Positions 1 to 9,780 of a stretch of DNA of 64,000 bases are shown piece by piece. The position numbers were made by a program, and so were the translations under genes. This stretch comes from an uncultured Planctomycetia bacterium (lineage in GTDB: Bacteria; Planctomycetota; MHYJ01; WSZJ01). Each line of letters starts with the position of its first letter. Position 1 is the stretch's first letter. The notes below the pieces were generated by a model that did no database searches, had not been told where the DNA came from, and was given only the letters and a program-made list of their open reading frames with translations. The stretch covers positions 14,756-78,755 of the forward strand of contig CAVPNQ010000161.1 in the NCBI GenBank assembly GCA_963706735.1. The letters run 5' to 3'.

Positions 1-1167
1 CACCGCACCGACCGCAGCGGCTACAAGGCCGGCGCCCTCGAAAACGGCCTCCGCCACACGAAAAACGAGTTCGTCGCCGTCTTCGACGCCGACTTCCTCC
101 CGCGCGCCGACTTCCTCCAGCAGACCATTCACTTCTTCGCCAACCCGCACATCGGCATGGTCCAGGCCCGCTGGGAACACATCAACCGCGACTGGTCCTG
201 GCTCACCCAGATCCAGGCCATCATGCTCGACGCCCACTTCGTCCTCGAACACACCGCCCGCAACCGCTCCGGCCGCTTCTTCAATTTCAACGGCACCGCC
301 GGCATCTGGCGCAAGCAGGCGATCACCGACGGCGGCGGCTGGCAGCACGACACGCTGACCGAGGACCTCGACCTCTCCTACCGCTCGCAGCTCAAGGGCT
401 GGGAGTTCGTGTACCTCAAGGACCTCGCCTCCCCGTCCGAACTCCCCGGCGACATCAACGCCTTCAAGACCCAGCAGCACCGCTGGGCCAAGGGCGGCGT
501 CCAGACCGCGCTCAAGCTCCTCCCCACCATCTGGTCGTCCAAGGTCCCCTTCAAGATCAAGATGGAAGCCACCCACCACCTCGGGAACTACGTCTCGTTC
601 CTCGGCATGGTCCTCGTCTGCCTCCTCATCCTTCCTTCCATGATCGCCCGCCAGGAAATGGGCTGGCTCAAGGACCTCAAGTGGGCCGACGCCTTCGTCC
701 TCATCGGCGCCTTCTGCTCCGTCCTCGTCTACTACGGCGCTTCCCAGATCGAACTCGGCAAGGGCTGGGCCAAACGCTTCCTGCTCTTCCCCCTCATGCT
801 CGCCGTCGGCGTCGGGCTGTGCCTGAACAACGCAAAGGCCGTGATGGAAGCGCTCCTTGGGCACCAGACGGGCTTCGTGAGGACGCCGAAGCACGGGCTT
901 GCGGCGAAGGGAAGTTCGCTGACGGGGAAGAAGTACCGCTCGAAGTTCAACGTGATGGCGGTGCTGGAGCTGATCTTCGGCGTGTACTTCAGCTGCGTCT
1001 GCGCGTTCGCGTGGCACTTTGAGATGTGGGGCGCGCTTCCGTTCCTCGCCCTCTTCCCGATCGGGTTCTTCTACGTGTCGGGGCTGAGTTTCATGCAGAC
1101 GTTCGGGGCGAAGCCGAAGGTGGCGCCGGCTCCGGCGCCGGTCGCGGAGAGACAGACAGCCGCGTAG
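1..1167 (+). CDS. Glycosyltransferase family 2 (processive, cellulose/mannan-synthase-like), 5' end cut by window edge
   Basis: Frame 1 is open from nt 1. FDADF (DxD) and QQHRWAKGG (QxxRW) motifs are followed by several hydrophobic helices. Stop at 1165-1167. Confidence 0.85.
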   Translation, partial: HRTDRSGYKAGALENGLRHTKNEFVAVFDADFLPRADFLQQTIHFFANPHIGMVQARWEHINRDWSWLTQIQAIMLDAHFVLEHTARNRSGRFFNFNGTAGIWRKQAITDGGGWQHDTLTEDLDLSYRSQLKGWEFVYLKDLASPSELPGDINAFKTQQHRWAKGGVQTALKLLPTIWSSKVPFKIKMEATHHLGNYVSFLGMVLVCLLILPSMIARQEMGWLKDLKWADAFVLIGAFCSVLVYYGASQIELGKGWAKRFLLFPLMLAVGVGLCLNNAKAVMEALLGHQTGFVRTPKHGLAAKGSSLTGKKYRSKFNVMAVLELIFGVYFSCVCAFAWHFEMWGALPFLALFPIGFFYVSGLSFMQTFGAKPKVAPAPAPVAERQTAA

Positions 1168-1249
1168 CTGTTGCCAGCCTCGACGCGGAGTCTCAGCGAG
1201 CTGGAGCCGCCGCCAAACCCGGCGCTCCGTCGATGCCTTGGCCGTCCGT

Positions 1250-1527
1250 CGAACGACTCACCACGGAGGCACAGAGGCGCAGAGAAAGACTGCACAGAGA
1301 AAAAGAAATTGGCGAGTTGTGTATGGAGATGGAGACAGGGAAGTGAGCGACTAGAGCATTGGATGGACCGCGGGGGCACGCAAGGTGATCAGGCCGAAGT
1401 TGTCGGCGACTGACACAAGCAGTCCGTCGAATGGTGGATTGCCTTGCTGCGTCAATTAGCCGCCGATTTCTTCCTTTTTGTCGGCGTTTTTCTCAGTGCC
1501 TCGGTGCCTCCGTGGTGAAGTCGTTCG
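1250..1527. repeat. Palindromic intergenic element D1: ~65-nt inverted arms around a 144-nt centre carrying the shared core motif
   Basis: Arm 1250-1314 (cgaacgactcaccacggaggcacagaggcgcagagaaag...) is the approximate reverse complement of arm 1461-1527 (...tttttctcagtgcctcggtgcctccgtggtgaagtcgttcg). The centre has cacaagcagtccgtcgaatggtggattgcc (1414-1443). Confidence 0.8.
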
Positions 1528-1584
1528 AGGGGCGACCCGTCCATCTTCGCAGCGATCTTGTGCGCGGCGCGCATCGCCGTGACA

Positions 1585-2322
<738 letters not shown>

Positions 2323-2323
2323 C

Positions 2324-3769
2324 ATGCGCGTCTCGGACATGTTCGCCCATTCGCTCGGCAACCTGACGCGGCAGAAGCTGCGTTCGTTCCTGACGGTGTT
2401 CGGCGTCGTCGTGGGGACCGGCGCGATCGTGCTCATGGTGTCGCTGGGGATCGGGCTGCAGTCGCAGACCATCGAGTTCTTCAACCGGGTGGACTTCCTG
2501 ACGAGCGTGCAGGTGTTTCCGCAGAAGCGGAGCACGTCGATGATGAGTTTCGGGAGGCCGGTGTCGGGCGGGGCGACGATGAAGCTCGACGACGCGGTGG
2601 TCGAGGAGTTCAAGAAGATCCCGGGCGTGCTGACGGCGTACCCGGCGATGGATTTCGGCGGCCAGCTCACGGTGGAGCGGATGGTGGACGGCAAGAAGAA
2701 GGCGTCCACGGGGAGGTTCGTGCAGTTCATCGGCATCCCGCAGGCCGCGATCCTGCCGATGTACCGCGACAAGACGCTCGCGGGGTCTTTCTGGCCCGAG
2801 GAAAACCCGGCGGAACGCGTCGCCATCGTCCCTGCGGACGTCCTCTACGACATGGGGATCGGTCCGCCGCTTCCCGGCCACCAGAAGGAAGGCGAGATCC
2901 CGGCGCTGCGCGGCGACCCGCGCTGGAACGAGATCATCGGGATGGAAGTGAAGTTCCAGTTCTCGGTCGCCGTCCAGAAGGGCGACTCGACGCCGAAGGA
3001 CGACGAGAAGAAGGACGTCGAGGACCCGCCAAAGGAGGAGGAGCCTTCCGAGGGTGAGGTCGTGACCAAGCGCATCACGCGACGCTTCCGCATCGTCGGC
3101 ATCTACGATTCCGCGGACATCGGTTTGCCGATGGCGCCGTCGGTGTTCATCCCGCTGGAGCAGGGCAAGGAGATCATGAAGCTGCGGGCCTCGCGGAACC
3201 CGAACAGCGAGTCCACGTACCGGGCGATCACGGTGAAGGTGAAGGACGCTTCGATGACGGACAAGGTGCAGCGGGACATCGACGCGCGCGGCTACGGGAC
3301 GATGACGATCCAGGACGTGGTGCAGGTGATCGGCTACGTCTTCGTCACGCTCAAGGCGGTGCTCGGCGCGGTGGCGTCGATCGGCCTTCTCGTCGCGTTC
3401 TTCGGCATCGCCAACACGATGATCATGGCGATCCTCGAGCGCACGCGCGAGATCGGGGTGATGAAGGCCCTGGGCGCGCGCAACGCCGAAATCCGGCGGC
3501 TCTTCGTGATGGAGGCCGCGGCGATCGGGGGCGTCGGCGCGCTCTTTGGCATCGGCGGCGGCTGGGCGTTCGGGAAGGGGCTGAATCTTCTGGTGGCGTG
3601 GTTCGTGGAGAAGCGCGGGGGGCCGGAGGGGGTGTACCTGTTTGTCGTCTCCCCGTGGCTGGCCGGCGGGACGCTCGCATTTGCGGTCGTAGTCGCGGTG
3701 ATTGCCGGCTTGTATCCCGCGTGGCGCGCTTCGAGGCTCGATCCCGTGGCGGCGCTGAGAAGTCTGTAG
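2324..3769 (+). CDS. ABC transporter permease, MacB-like periplasmic domain plus FtsX-type C-terminal TM bundle
   Basis: N-terminal TM, a large extracytoplasmic region, and a C-terminal GIANTMIMAILERTREIGVMKALGA FtsX motif. The ATG lies 2 nt after the ATPase stop. Confidence 0.9.
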   Translation: MRVSDMFAHSLGNLTRQKLRSFLTVFGVVVGTGAIVLMVSLGIGLQSQTIEFFNRVDFLTSVQVFPQKRSTSMMSFGRPVSGGATMKLDDAVVEEFKKIPGVLTAYPAMDFGGQLTVERMVDGKKKASTGRFVQFIGIPQAAILPMYRDKTLAGSFWPEENPAERVAIVPADVLYDMGIGPPLPGHQKEGEIPALRGDPRWNEIIGMEVKFQFSVAVQKGDSTPKDDEKKDVEDPPKEEEPSEGEVVTKRITRRFRIVGIYDSADIGLPMAPSVFIPLEQGKEIMKLRASRNPNSESTYRAITVKVKDASMTDKVQRDIDARGYGTMTIQDVVQVIGYVFVTLKAVLGAVASIGLLVAFFGIANTMIMAILERTREIGVMKALGARNAEIRRLFVMEAAAIGGVGALFGIGGGWAFGKGLNLLVAWFVEKRGGPEGVYLFVVSPWLAGGTLAFAVVVAVIAGLYPAWRASRLDPVAALRSL

Positions 3770-3798
3770 GCGGGCGGGCAGGCGGCCGCCACGCCACC

Positions 3799-4257
3799 CT
3801 AGGCGTTGCGACGGGGGGCGATCGGGTTTTCCCAGCGCAGGCCCGGGAAGCGTGCAAAGTCGCCGTCGGCCGAGCAAAGTGTCAGCCCGTGTTCGATGGC
3901 GAGCGCCGCCAGGTGGGCGTCGTGGATCAGGCCGCTGCGCGCCGCGGCGTGCGGGATGAGCGTGGCCAGGATCGCGCGGTGTTTCTCGGTCGGGGCGGGC
4001 GCATGAACGCGGGGATGGTCGAGCCACGCCTCGACCTGCTTCCACGCGACGGACGCGGGAATCGGCTGCGTGAAGACGCGGCGGTCGCCGACGATCCGTA
4101 CGAACGCCAGCAGGCTTGGCCAGGGCAAGCCGACCAGCTCCCGGCCATTCAGCTTCCCAGCCAGCCATCTTCCGGCGGCTGCGTGCTGGGGCATGGAAGC
4201 GATCACGGAGAAGATCAGGAGATTTGCATCGACGAGGATCAAGGCTTCGCCCGCCAT
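3799..4257 (-). CDS. vapC: PIN-domain toxin VapC
   Basis: MAGEALILVDANLLIF has the N-terminal PIN acidic residue. Small size; overlaps the upstream antitoxin gene by 19 nt. Confidence 0.85.
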   Translation of the reverse strand: MAGEALILVDANLLIFSVIASMPQHAAAGRWLAGKLNGRELVGLPWPSLLAFVRIVGDRRVFTQPIPASVAWKQVEAWLDHPRVHAPAPTEKHRAILATLIPHAAARSGLIHDAHLAALAIEHGLTLCSADGDFARFPGLRWENPIAPRRNA

Positions 4258-4496
4258 TCCCCGGCGTCCAGCTGGTCGAGGACGTCGCCGATGCACTCGA
4301 GGTTCGGGAGAAGGCATTTGCCTGCATCCCAGGAGGGGCTCTTGTAGGTCTTGCCCGGCTGCGGGCGGGAAGACATGCCCTGAAGCCCCAGGCGAAGTGC
4401 TTCGTTGACCAGCGCCTTCAAGGAAACGTGCTTCGTTTCACGCAGGCGGGCCAGGAGCACCGCGATGTCCTTGTCGATCGTGAGGGTCGTTCTCAT
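4239..4496 (-). CDS. vapB: VapB-type antitoxin (MRTTLTID class)
   Basis: 85 aa starting MRTTLTIDKDIAVLL, immediately upstream of and overlapping vapC. Confidence 0.75.
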   Translation of the reverse strand: MRTTLTIDKDIAVLLARLRETKHVSLKALVNEALRLGLQGMSSRPQPGKTYKSPSWDAGKCLLPNLECIGDVLDQLDAGEWRAKP

Positions 4497-4549
4497 GCAT
4501 CAAAGCATAACACATTTGATGTCTTGATGTCTGCGCGGTCCGGGCCAGG

Positions 4550-4577
4550 AAAAAGGCCCGGCGGTTTCCGCCGGGCC
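4550..4577 (-). terminator. Rho-independent terminator after the zinc-ribbon/HEAT gene
   Basis: Minus strand reads ggcccggcgg-aaa-ccgccgggcc followed by ttttt: a 10-bp GC stem, 3-nt loop and U tract, about 25 nt after the stop at 4600. Confidence 0.7.
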
Positions 4578-4599
4578 CATTGTTTCGCCGTCTCTCCTG

Positions 4600-5898
4600 C
4601 TACATCACGAACGTCGCTTCCGCACCCTTCCACCACTCGTCCCACTTCGTGATGAACGGCGGCCGGTCCCCGGGCTCTCCCGGGACGCGTCCGAAATCCT
4701 GCTTCGTGAACGACTTCAGCAGGTCGTTGGCCGCGTTCGACATCGCGATGTCCTCTTCCTTCAGGGCCGCAATCAGCGCCGGGATGACGATCTTGCCGTA
4801 CTTGCGGATCTCCGCCGTCGCCTGCTCGCGCTGCTCGAACGTGCCGCGCGCGTAGTTCGAAAGGTGCTGCGGCAGGTCGCGCCGCATCGCGCCTTCGCCC
4901 GTGCCGCCGGACGGCTTCTTGATCTCCGTCACGCCCCCCGGGGGAGGCTTGGGCGGATCGGACGGCGGATTCCCGGGGTTCGGCGGAATCTCCGCCGCGC
5001 CACCGCCGCCGAACTCCGCTTCGCTCACCAGCTGCGCCGCCTGCCCCTTGGGCTCGTTCACCCACCAGTGCCGGTACTCCATGATCATCGCCGCCCGGCT
5101 TGCCGAGGATTCGAACAGGCCCTCGGGAAGCGCCGGCCCGCCCTTGACGGCGCGGTCCACGATCTCGCGGGACGCATTGGCGATGTCGGCGTCGCTCGAC
5201 CACTTCTGCACCAGGCACGGGATCAGCGCGCGGCCGTGCCGCAGCAGCTTCGACGCCGTCTTCAGGAACTGTTCGTCCACGGGGCGCGATTTCAGGATCG
5301 CGAGCGTCGCGATGACGTCCGCATCGACCGCGGGGTCGGCGTCCCAGCCCGAGTCCACCGGCGGCTTCGGCTTGTCCGGCGGCTTCTCCGTCGCCGCCGT
5401 CTCCTTCTCCGTCGCCTCGGCCGCGGCCTTCTTTGCGACCGTTGCCTTCTTCTTGTCCTCGGCGCTCGGCTGCTTGGCGATGTAGATGATGAGCCCGATG
5501 ATCGCGATCGCCACGACGCCGATCCCGCCGTACATCACCATCTTGTCGCCGCTGTTGTCCTGGACCTCAGGGGCGGGCTGGGAAGCGCGTCTGATGGCCC
5601 GCATGTCGGTGTTCGGGTCGAGGGCGCCCATGCCGACGGCCTCGTTGACGACCCGCATCTTCGACGTCCCGCCGCGGGCCGCGGGGGGACGCGAAGTGCG
5701 CCCGGTTCCGCCCCGGACGGCCCGGTGCGTGTTTCCGCGCGACGCCGCCTTGGCCGGGGCCGCCGCCGCCGCGGGGGCGCCCCCGGGGATCGTGACGATC
5801 GTGTTGCACTCGGGGCACTGGAAGCGGTCGCCCGGGTCGTAGCCGGAACCGTCGTACTCGGCCTTGCAGCCGGGGCAGTTGACCATGCCTGCACTCAT
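4600..5898 (-). CDS. Hypothetical membrane protein: N-terminal zinc ribbon, one TM, C-terminal HEAT-like repeats
   Basis: Start MSAGMVNCPGCKAEYDG...FQCPECN gives two CxxC pairs. TM is MVMYGGIGVVAIAIIGLIIYIA. The C-terminus has helical repeats. The ORF-track N-terminal extension to 6087 is Arg-rich junk. Confidence 0.6.
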   Translation of the reverse strand: MSAGMVNCPGCKAEYDGSGYDPGDRFQCPECNTIVTIPGGAPAAAAAPAKAASRGNTHRAVRGGTGRTSRPPAARGGTSKMRVVNEAVGMGALDPNTDMRAIRRASQPAPEVQDNSGDKMVMYGGIGVVAIAIIGLIIYIAKQPSAEDKKKATVAKKAAAEATEKETAATEKPPDKPKPPVDSGWDADPAVDADVIATLAILKSRPVDEQFLKTASKLLRHGRALIPCLVQKWSSDADIANASREIVDRAVKGGPALPEGLFESSASRAAMIMEYRHWWVNEPKGQAAQLVSEAEFGGGGAAEIPPNPGNPPSDPPKPPPGGVTEIKKPSGGTGEGAMRRDLPQHLSNYARGTFEQREQATAEIRKYGKIVIPALIAALKEEDIAMSNAANDLLKSFTKQDFGRVPGEPGDRPPFITKWDEWWKGAEATFVM

Positions 5899-6019
5899 GA
5901 GGGGGGCCTCGAACGCGCGCGCCGATCCGGCGGCGGACCCGTGAGTTTGCGACTTGCGGGGGCGCGGGCGCAAGGAGGAATGAGCGTCCGGCCGGGACTT
6001 AACGTTTTTTAAGCAACCG

Positions 6020-6979
6020 CTACTTCTCCGCCCCCGCGAGGCGCCGCGGCATGTCCTTCGACAGCGCCATCTCCTCCCGCGCCGCATCCAGCTCCGCGCG
6101 CAGCGTCCCGTTCTCCCGCTCCAGCCGCGCCAGCCTCTCGCGCAGCTCGTCCACCATGCCGCCTTCCTCTCCCTCGTCCTCGCCCGGTTCCGGCTCCGGT
6201 TTCAACTCCGGCTTCTTCGGGTCCTCCGGCTTCGGCGCAGCCTTCCCATCCTCGCCTTCCTTCCCGCCCGTCAGGCTCCGCGGCATCACACCCTCCGCAA
6301 TCGCCTTCAGCTCCGGGTCCTCCGGCCGCACCTTCAGCCCTCGCTCCGCCGACCGCTTCGCATCCGCATCCCGCCCGACACTCCACGCCGCCAGCGCCTT
6401 CATCTTCAGCACGTGATACCGGTCCGTCCGCGGAAGCGCGTAGTCCGACACCCGCGCCAGCTCCGCCAGCGTCGCTTCCATGTCGTTCCTGTCGAACGCC
6501 TCGTAGGCCCGGATCGAGGCGCCGAGGGTGGTGTCGGTGAAGTGCTTGTCGGACATGACCTCGAAGTCGTAGATCTCGATCCACGGCTGGCCGGCGAAAA
6601 CCGACTTGACCTCGCCCCAGACGGTCAGCCACGAGTAGCGCGGCGTCCCGAGGAAGTCGGCAAGCCATTCGCGGTCGCGGCGGACGAAGAGGTTCGTGAA
6701 GACGTCCTGGCGTTCCTTCGAGATGAAGACTTTCGACTCGGGGCCCCAGGCCGACACCTGCGCGTGCTGCTCCGCCGTGAACGCCGTGTGCACCGGCGCG
6801 TACATGTTCTCCGTCTTGTTCAGCCTGCACTTGAACGTCACCCGCGTGTTCCGGAATCCCTCGGGGTTGTTGCGGACTTCGCGCAGGGAGACGTGGGCAA
6901 AACCGGCTTCGTGCGCGGCCGCGGGAAGGGCGAGTGCGGCGGCGGCGAGTGCGGCCAGGGCGAGGCGGGGAAGCGACAT
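6020..6979 (-). CDS. Secreted hypothetical protein with acidic/coiled-coil C-terminus
   Basis: Signal peptide MSLPRLALAALAAAALALPAAAHEAG. Good codon usage from 6979 downward. The ORF-track extension to 7465 runs through repeat B1. Confidence 0.6.
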   Translation of the reverse strand: MSLPRLALAALAAAALALPAAAHEAGFAHVSLREVRNNPEGFRNTRVTFKCRLNKTENMYAPVHTAFTAEQHAQVSAWGPESKVFISKERQDVFTNLFVRRDREWLADFLGTPRYSWLTVWGEVKSVFAGQPWIEIYDFEVMSDKHFTDTTLGASIRAYEAFDRNDMEATLAELARVSDYALPRTDRYHVLKMKALAAWSVGRDADAKRSAERGLKVRPEDPELKAIAEGVMPRSLTGGKEGEDGKAAPKPEDPKKPELKPEPEPGEDEGEEGGMVDELRERLARLERENGTLRAELDAAREEMALSKDMPRRLAGAEK

Positions 6980-7037
6980 GGCGGGCTCCGGAAGGTGAGA
7001 GCGTTGAAAGGCTTGCGATGACTTTAGTGACGCCGGG

Positions 7038-7177
7038 GGCAAACGACAAGGAACCAACTCCCAACTCCCAAGGAAACGGAAAAACGCCAAAATCCAAAGT
7101 CCAACCGCGTTTGAAGTTGCCGTTTCGCCGTTTGTCGTTTCCTTGGGAGTTGGAATTTGGTTCCTTGTCGTTTCGCC
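7038..7177. repeat. Palindromic intergenic element B1: near-complete hairpin with ~70-nt arms
   Basis: ggcaaacgacaaggaaccaactcccaactcccaaggaaacgg... pairs with ...ccgtttgtcgtttccttgggagttggaatttggttccttgtcgtttcgcc. It starts with the 13-mer GGCAAACGACAAG. Confidence 0.85.
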
Positions 7178-7213
7178 TTCCCTCCGTTCGCCCTCCCCAA
7201 TCGTTAAACCCCC

Positions 7214-8260
7214 ATGCCCCTCCGCACCCGCCGCCGCGACCGCGGCATCGTCCTCCTCCTCGTCATGCTCATCCTCATGGTCCTGAGCGTCGTCGTCCTC
7301 CAGCTCGCCTTCAGCGCCGGCGTCGCCCAGCGCGCCGCTTCCAACCTCTCCCGCGACCTCCAGAACATGAAGGCTCTCACCAGCGGCCTGTCGATCGCCC
7401 GCCTCATGATCAAGGCCGACATCGAGGGGGATCTTGCGGAAGCGCCGACGCCGCCGCTCGACCACCTGGGCGAATCGATGATGCAGGACATCGCGCCGTA
7501 CCGCTTCAATGACGGCGGTACGGACGCGACGTCGCTCTACATCAAGATTGAGGACGAGGAGGGGAAGTACTACCTGCCGGCGCTGATCGACGCGAACGGC
7601 GCGGTGGTGGAGGACGAGAAGGAGAGGCTCGTCCGGATGCTCGAGTACGCGGGAATCGGCGATCCGGACACGCCGGACCGGATCGTGGCGGCGCTCGACA
7701 AGGACGACAAGAACGCGTTCGACAAGGAAGTGCCCAACCGGAAGCTGTACACGCTGAAGGAACTGCTCGGCGTGCCGGGGATCACCGACGAGATGTACTA
7801 CGGGAAGACGGTGGCGGGGGAGAAGCAGTACGGGCTGGCGGACATCATGTCGCTGTACGGTTCCGGCAAGGTGAACATCAACACGGCCCCCAAGCCCGTG
7901 CTCATGTCGCTCTCGACGTCCATCAGCGCTTCCGATGTAGACGGCATCGTCTCCGCCCGGGAGTCTTCCGACGACGAGGGCAACCCGGAGGTGTTCCAGA
8001 GCACTTCGTTCGAGGAACTGAGCCGGAGCGGGATGACAGAAGAGACGTACGCGACGGTTTCGGGGCGGATTGCGGTGCGTTCGAGCTGGTTCCGGTCGCG
8101 GATGCTGGCGCGGACGGGGAGTGTGCAGCGGTGGGGATCGGCGGTGATCCAGCGGGTGCAGGCGTCCACGAAGCTGGTGTTGTGGGAAGACGACCTGCGC
8201 TTCGCTCCCGATCCGGAAGAACTGAAGACGCAGGAAGACGCGATCGCGACGCCGAAGTAG
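7214..8260 (+). CDS. gspK: Type II secretion minor pseudopilin GspK-like protein
   Basis: N-terminal RGIVLLLVMLILMVLSVVVLQ hydrophobic segment, plus GspK-like KVNINTAPKPVLMSL and LKELLGVPGITDEMY helix-hairpin-helix-type motifs. Confidence 0.7.
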   Translation: MPLRTRRRDRGIVLLLVMLILMVLSVVVLQLAFSAGVAQRAASNLSRDLQNMKALTSGLSIARLMIKADIEGDLAEAPTPPLDHLGESMMQDIAPYRFNDGGTDATSLYIKIEDEEGKYYLPALIDANGAVVEDEKERLVRMLEYAGIGDPDTPDRIVAALDKDDKNAFDKEVPNRKLYTLKELLGVPGITDEMYYGKTVAGEKQYGLADIMSLYGSGKVNINTAPKPVLMSLSTSISASDVDGIVSARESSDDEGNPEVFQSTSFEELSRSGMTEETYATVSGRIAVRSSWFRSRMLARTGSVQRWGSAVIQRVQASTKLVLWEDDLRFAPDPEELKTQEDAIATPK

Positions 8261-8264
8261 CTAA

Positions 8265-8601
8265 CTGCAGTTGCCAGCGGCGAGTGGCCAGCGGCCAGCG
8301 GCGAGTGGCCAGTGGCCAGTGGCCAGCGGCCAGCGGCCAGTGGCGAGCGGCAAGTGGCCAGCGGCAAGTGGCCAGCGGCCAGTGGCCAGTGGCCAGTGGC
8401 GAGCGGCAAGTGGCAAGTGGCGAGCGGCAAGTGGCGAGCGGCGAGGAGCAGGAATAGAACGCAGTCTTCGCCGGGCTGCGGCGCACTCACTCGCCGCTGG
8501 CCACTGGCAACTGGCCGCTGGCAACTGGCCACTGGCAACTGGCCACTGGCAACTGGCCACTGGCAACTGGCCGCTGGCAACTGGCAACTGGCCACTGGCA
8601 G
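8265..8601. repeat. Heptamer tandem-repeat hairpin H1: (GCCAGYG)n arm facing its reverse complement
   Basis: 8265-8447 holds about 25 degenerate heptamers (ggccagc/ggccagt/ggcgagt/ggcaagt). 8489-8601 holds about 16 complementary heptamers (actggca/actggcc/gctggca). The central spacer is about 40 nt. Confidence 0.9.
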
Positions 8602-8677
8602 TTCCCCGCGAAAGCGATTGACGGTACAACCTCGCCTCTCCTACACTACTCGGCTCCCTGCATTCCCGGAAACGCCC

Positions 8678-9427
8678 ATGCCGAGACCCCTTTTCGCCGG
8701 AAACTGGAAGCTGAACATGCTCCGGGCCGGCGCGGTGGAGCTGGCGAAGGCGCTTCGCAACGGGCTTGAGGGGGAGAAGAAGGCGGACGTGGTGGTCTGC
8801 CCCCCGTACACGGCGCTGGCGGCGGTGACGGAAGTCCTGAAGGGGACGGCAGTTGGGGTGGGCGGACAGGACCTGTACTGGGCCGACTCGGGGGCGTTCA
8901 CCGGGGAGGTGTCGGGGCCGATGCTGGCGGATCTCGGGTGCCGTTGGGTGATCGTAGGGCACTCCGAGCGGCGGCAGTTTTTCGGCGAGACGGACGAGAC
9001 GGTCGGGAAGAAACTGCGCGCTGCGCAGAAGGCGGGGCTGACGCCGATCGTGTGCGTCGGCGAACGCCTCGACGAGCGCGAACGGAACGTGACGAAAGAC
9101 GTGGTCGGGCGGCAGATCGACGGGGCCCTGGGCGGGTTGTCGAAGGCCGAGATTTCGAAGCTGACGGTCGCCTACGAGCCGGTGTGGGCGATCGGGACGG
9201 GAAAGGTCGCAACGCCCGAGCAGGCCCAGGAGGTGCACGCGTTCATCCGCGAGCGTCTCAAGGGGCTCTCAGACGAAGCGACCGCGCGGGAGGTGCGGGT
9301 GCTCTACGGGGGAAGCGTGACCCCCGAGAACGTCCGCGGCCTCATGGAGAAGCCTGATGTGAATGGCGCGCTCGTCGGCGGAGCGAGCCTGAAGGCGGAA
9401 TCGTTCCTCAAGATCGCGAGGGCCTGA
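8678..9427 (+). CDS. tpiA: Triosephosphate isomerase
   Basis: Motifs FAGNWKLN, VIVGHSERR and AYEPVWAIGTG; 249 aa. Confidence 0.95.
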   Translation: MPRPLFAGNWKLNMLRAGAVELAKALRNGLEGEKKADVVVCPPYTALAAVTEVLKGTAVGVGGQDLYWADSGAFTGEVSGPMLADLGCRWVIVGHSERRQFFGETDETVGKKLRAAQKAGLTPIVCVGERLDERERNVTKDVVGRQIDGALGGLSKAEISKLTVAYEPVWAIGTGKVATPEQAQEVHAFIRERLKGLSDEATAREVRVLYGGSVTPENVRGLMEKPDVNGALVGGASLKAESFLKIARA

Positions 9428-9428
9428 C

Positions 9429-9767
9429 ATGACTGCGCTCGTCGTCATCATGACCGTCGTCTTCGTCCTGGCCTGCCTGGCCGTGACGTTCCTTGTCCTC
9501 ATCCAGCCGCCGCACTCCGACGGCGGCTCGGGCCTCGCGGGCGCCTTCATCGGCTCCGGCGGCGACTCGTTCTTCGGCACCAAGGCGATGACCATGGCGG
9601 GGAAGATCACGATCTTCCTGTCGGTGCTCATCGTCGCGCTCGCCATCACGATCAACAAGATCGGCGTCTCACAGCAGAAGGCCGGCGTCCTCCAGGGCAC
9701 GAAGATCGACGCACCCGCCGGAACGCCCGAGAAGCCTGCCGAAAATCCCGAGAACACCCCGAAGTAG
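9429..9767 (+). CDS. secG: Preprotein translocase subunit SecG
   Basis: Two-TM small protein with a Gly-rich loop (GSGLAGAFIGSGGDSFFG), in the conserved position directly after tpiA. Confidence 0.85.
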   Translation: MTALVVIMTVVFVLACLAVTFLVLIQPPHSDGGSGLAGAFIGSGGDSFFGTKAMTMAGKITIFLSVLIVALAITINKIGVSQQKAGVLQGTKIDAPAGTPEKPAENPENTPK

Positions 9768-9780
9768 GAGCCAGCCGCCC

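Noticed and set aside
7214-8260. Evidence for a type II secretion gene cluster
   Set aside because: Only a single GspK-like gene is present. The flanking genes are unrelated and no gspD, E, F, G, H, I or J lies in the window.
8265-8601. Possible CRISPR array, because of many short direct repeats
   Set aside because: The period is 7 nt with no unique spacers, the repeats are contiguous, and the second half is the reverse complement of the first. No cas genes are nearby.
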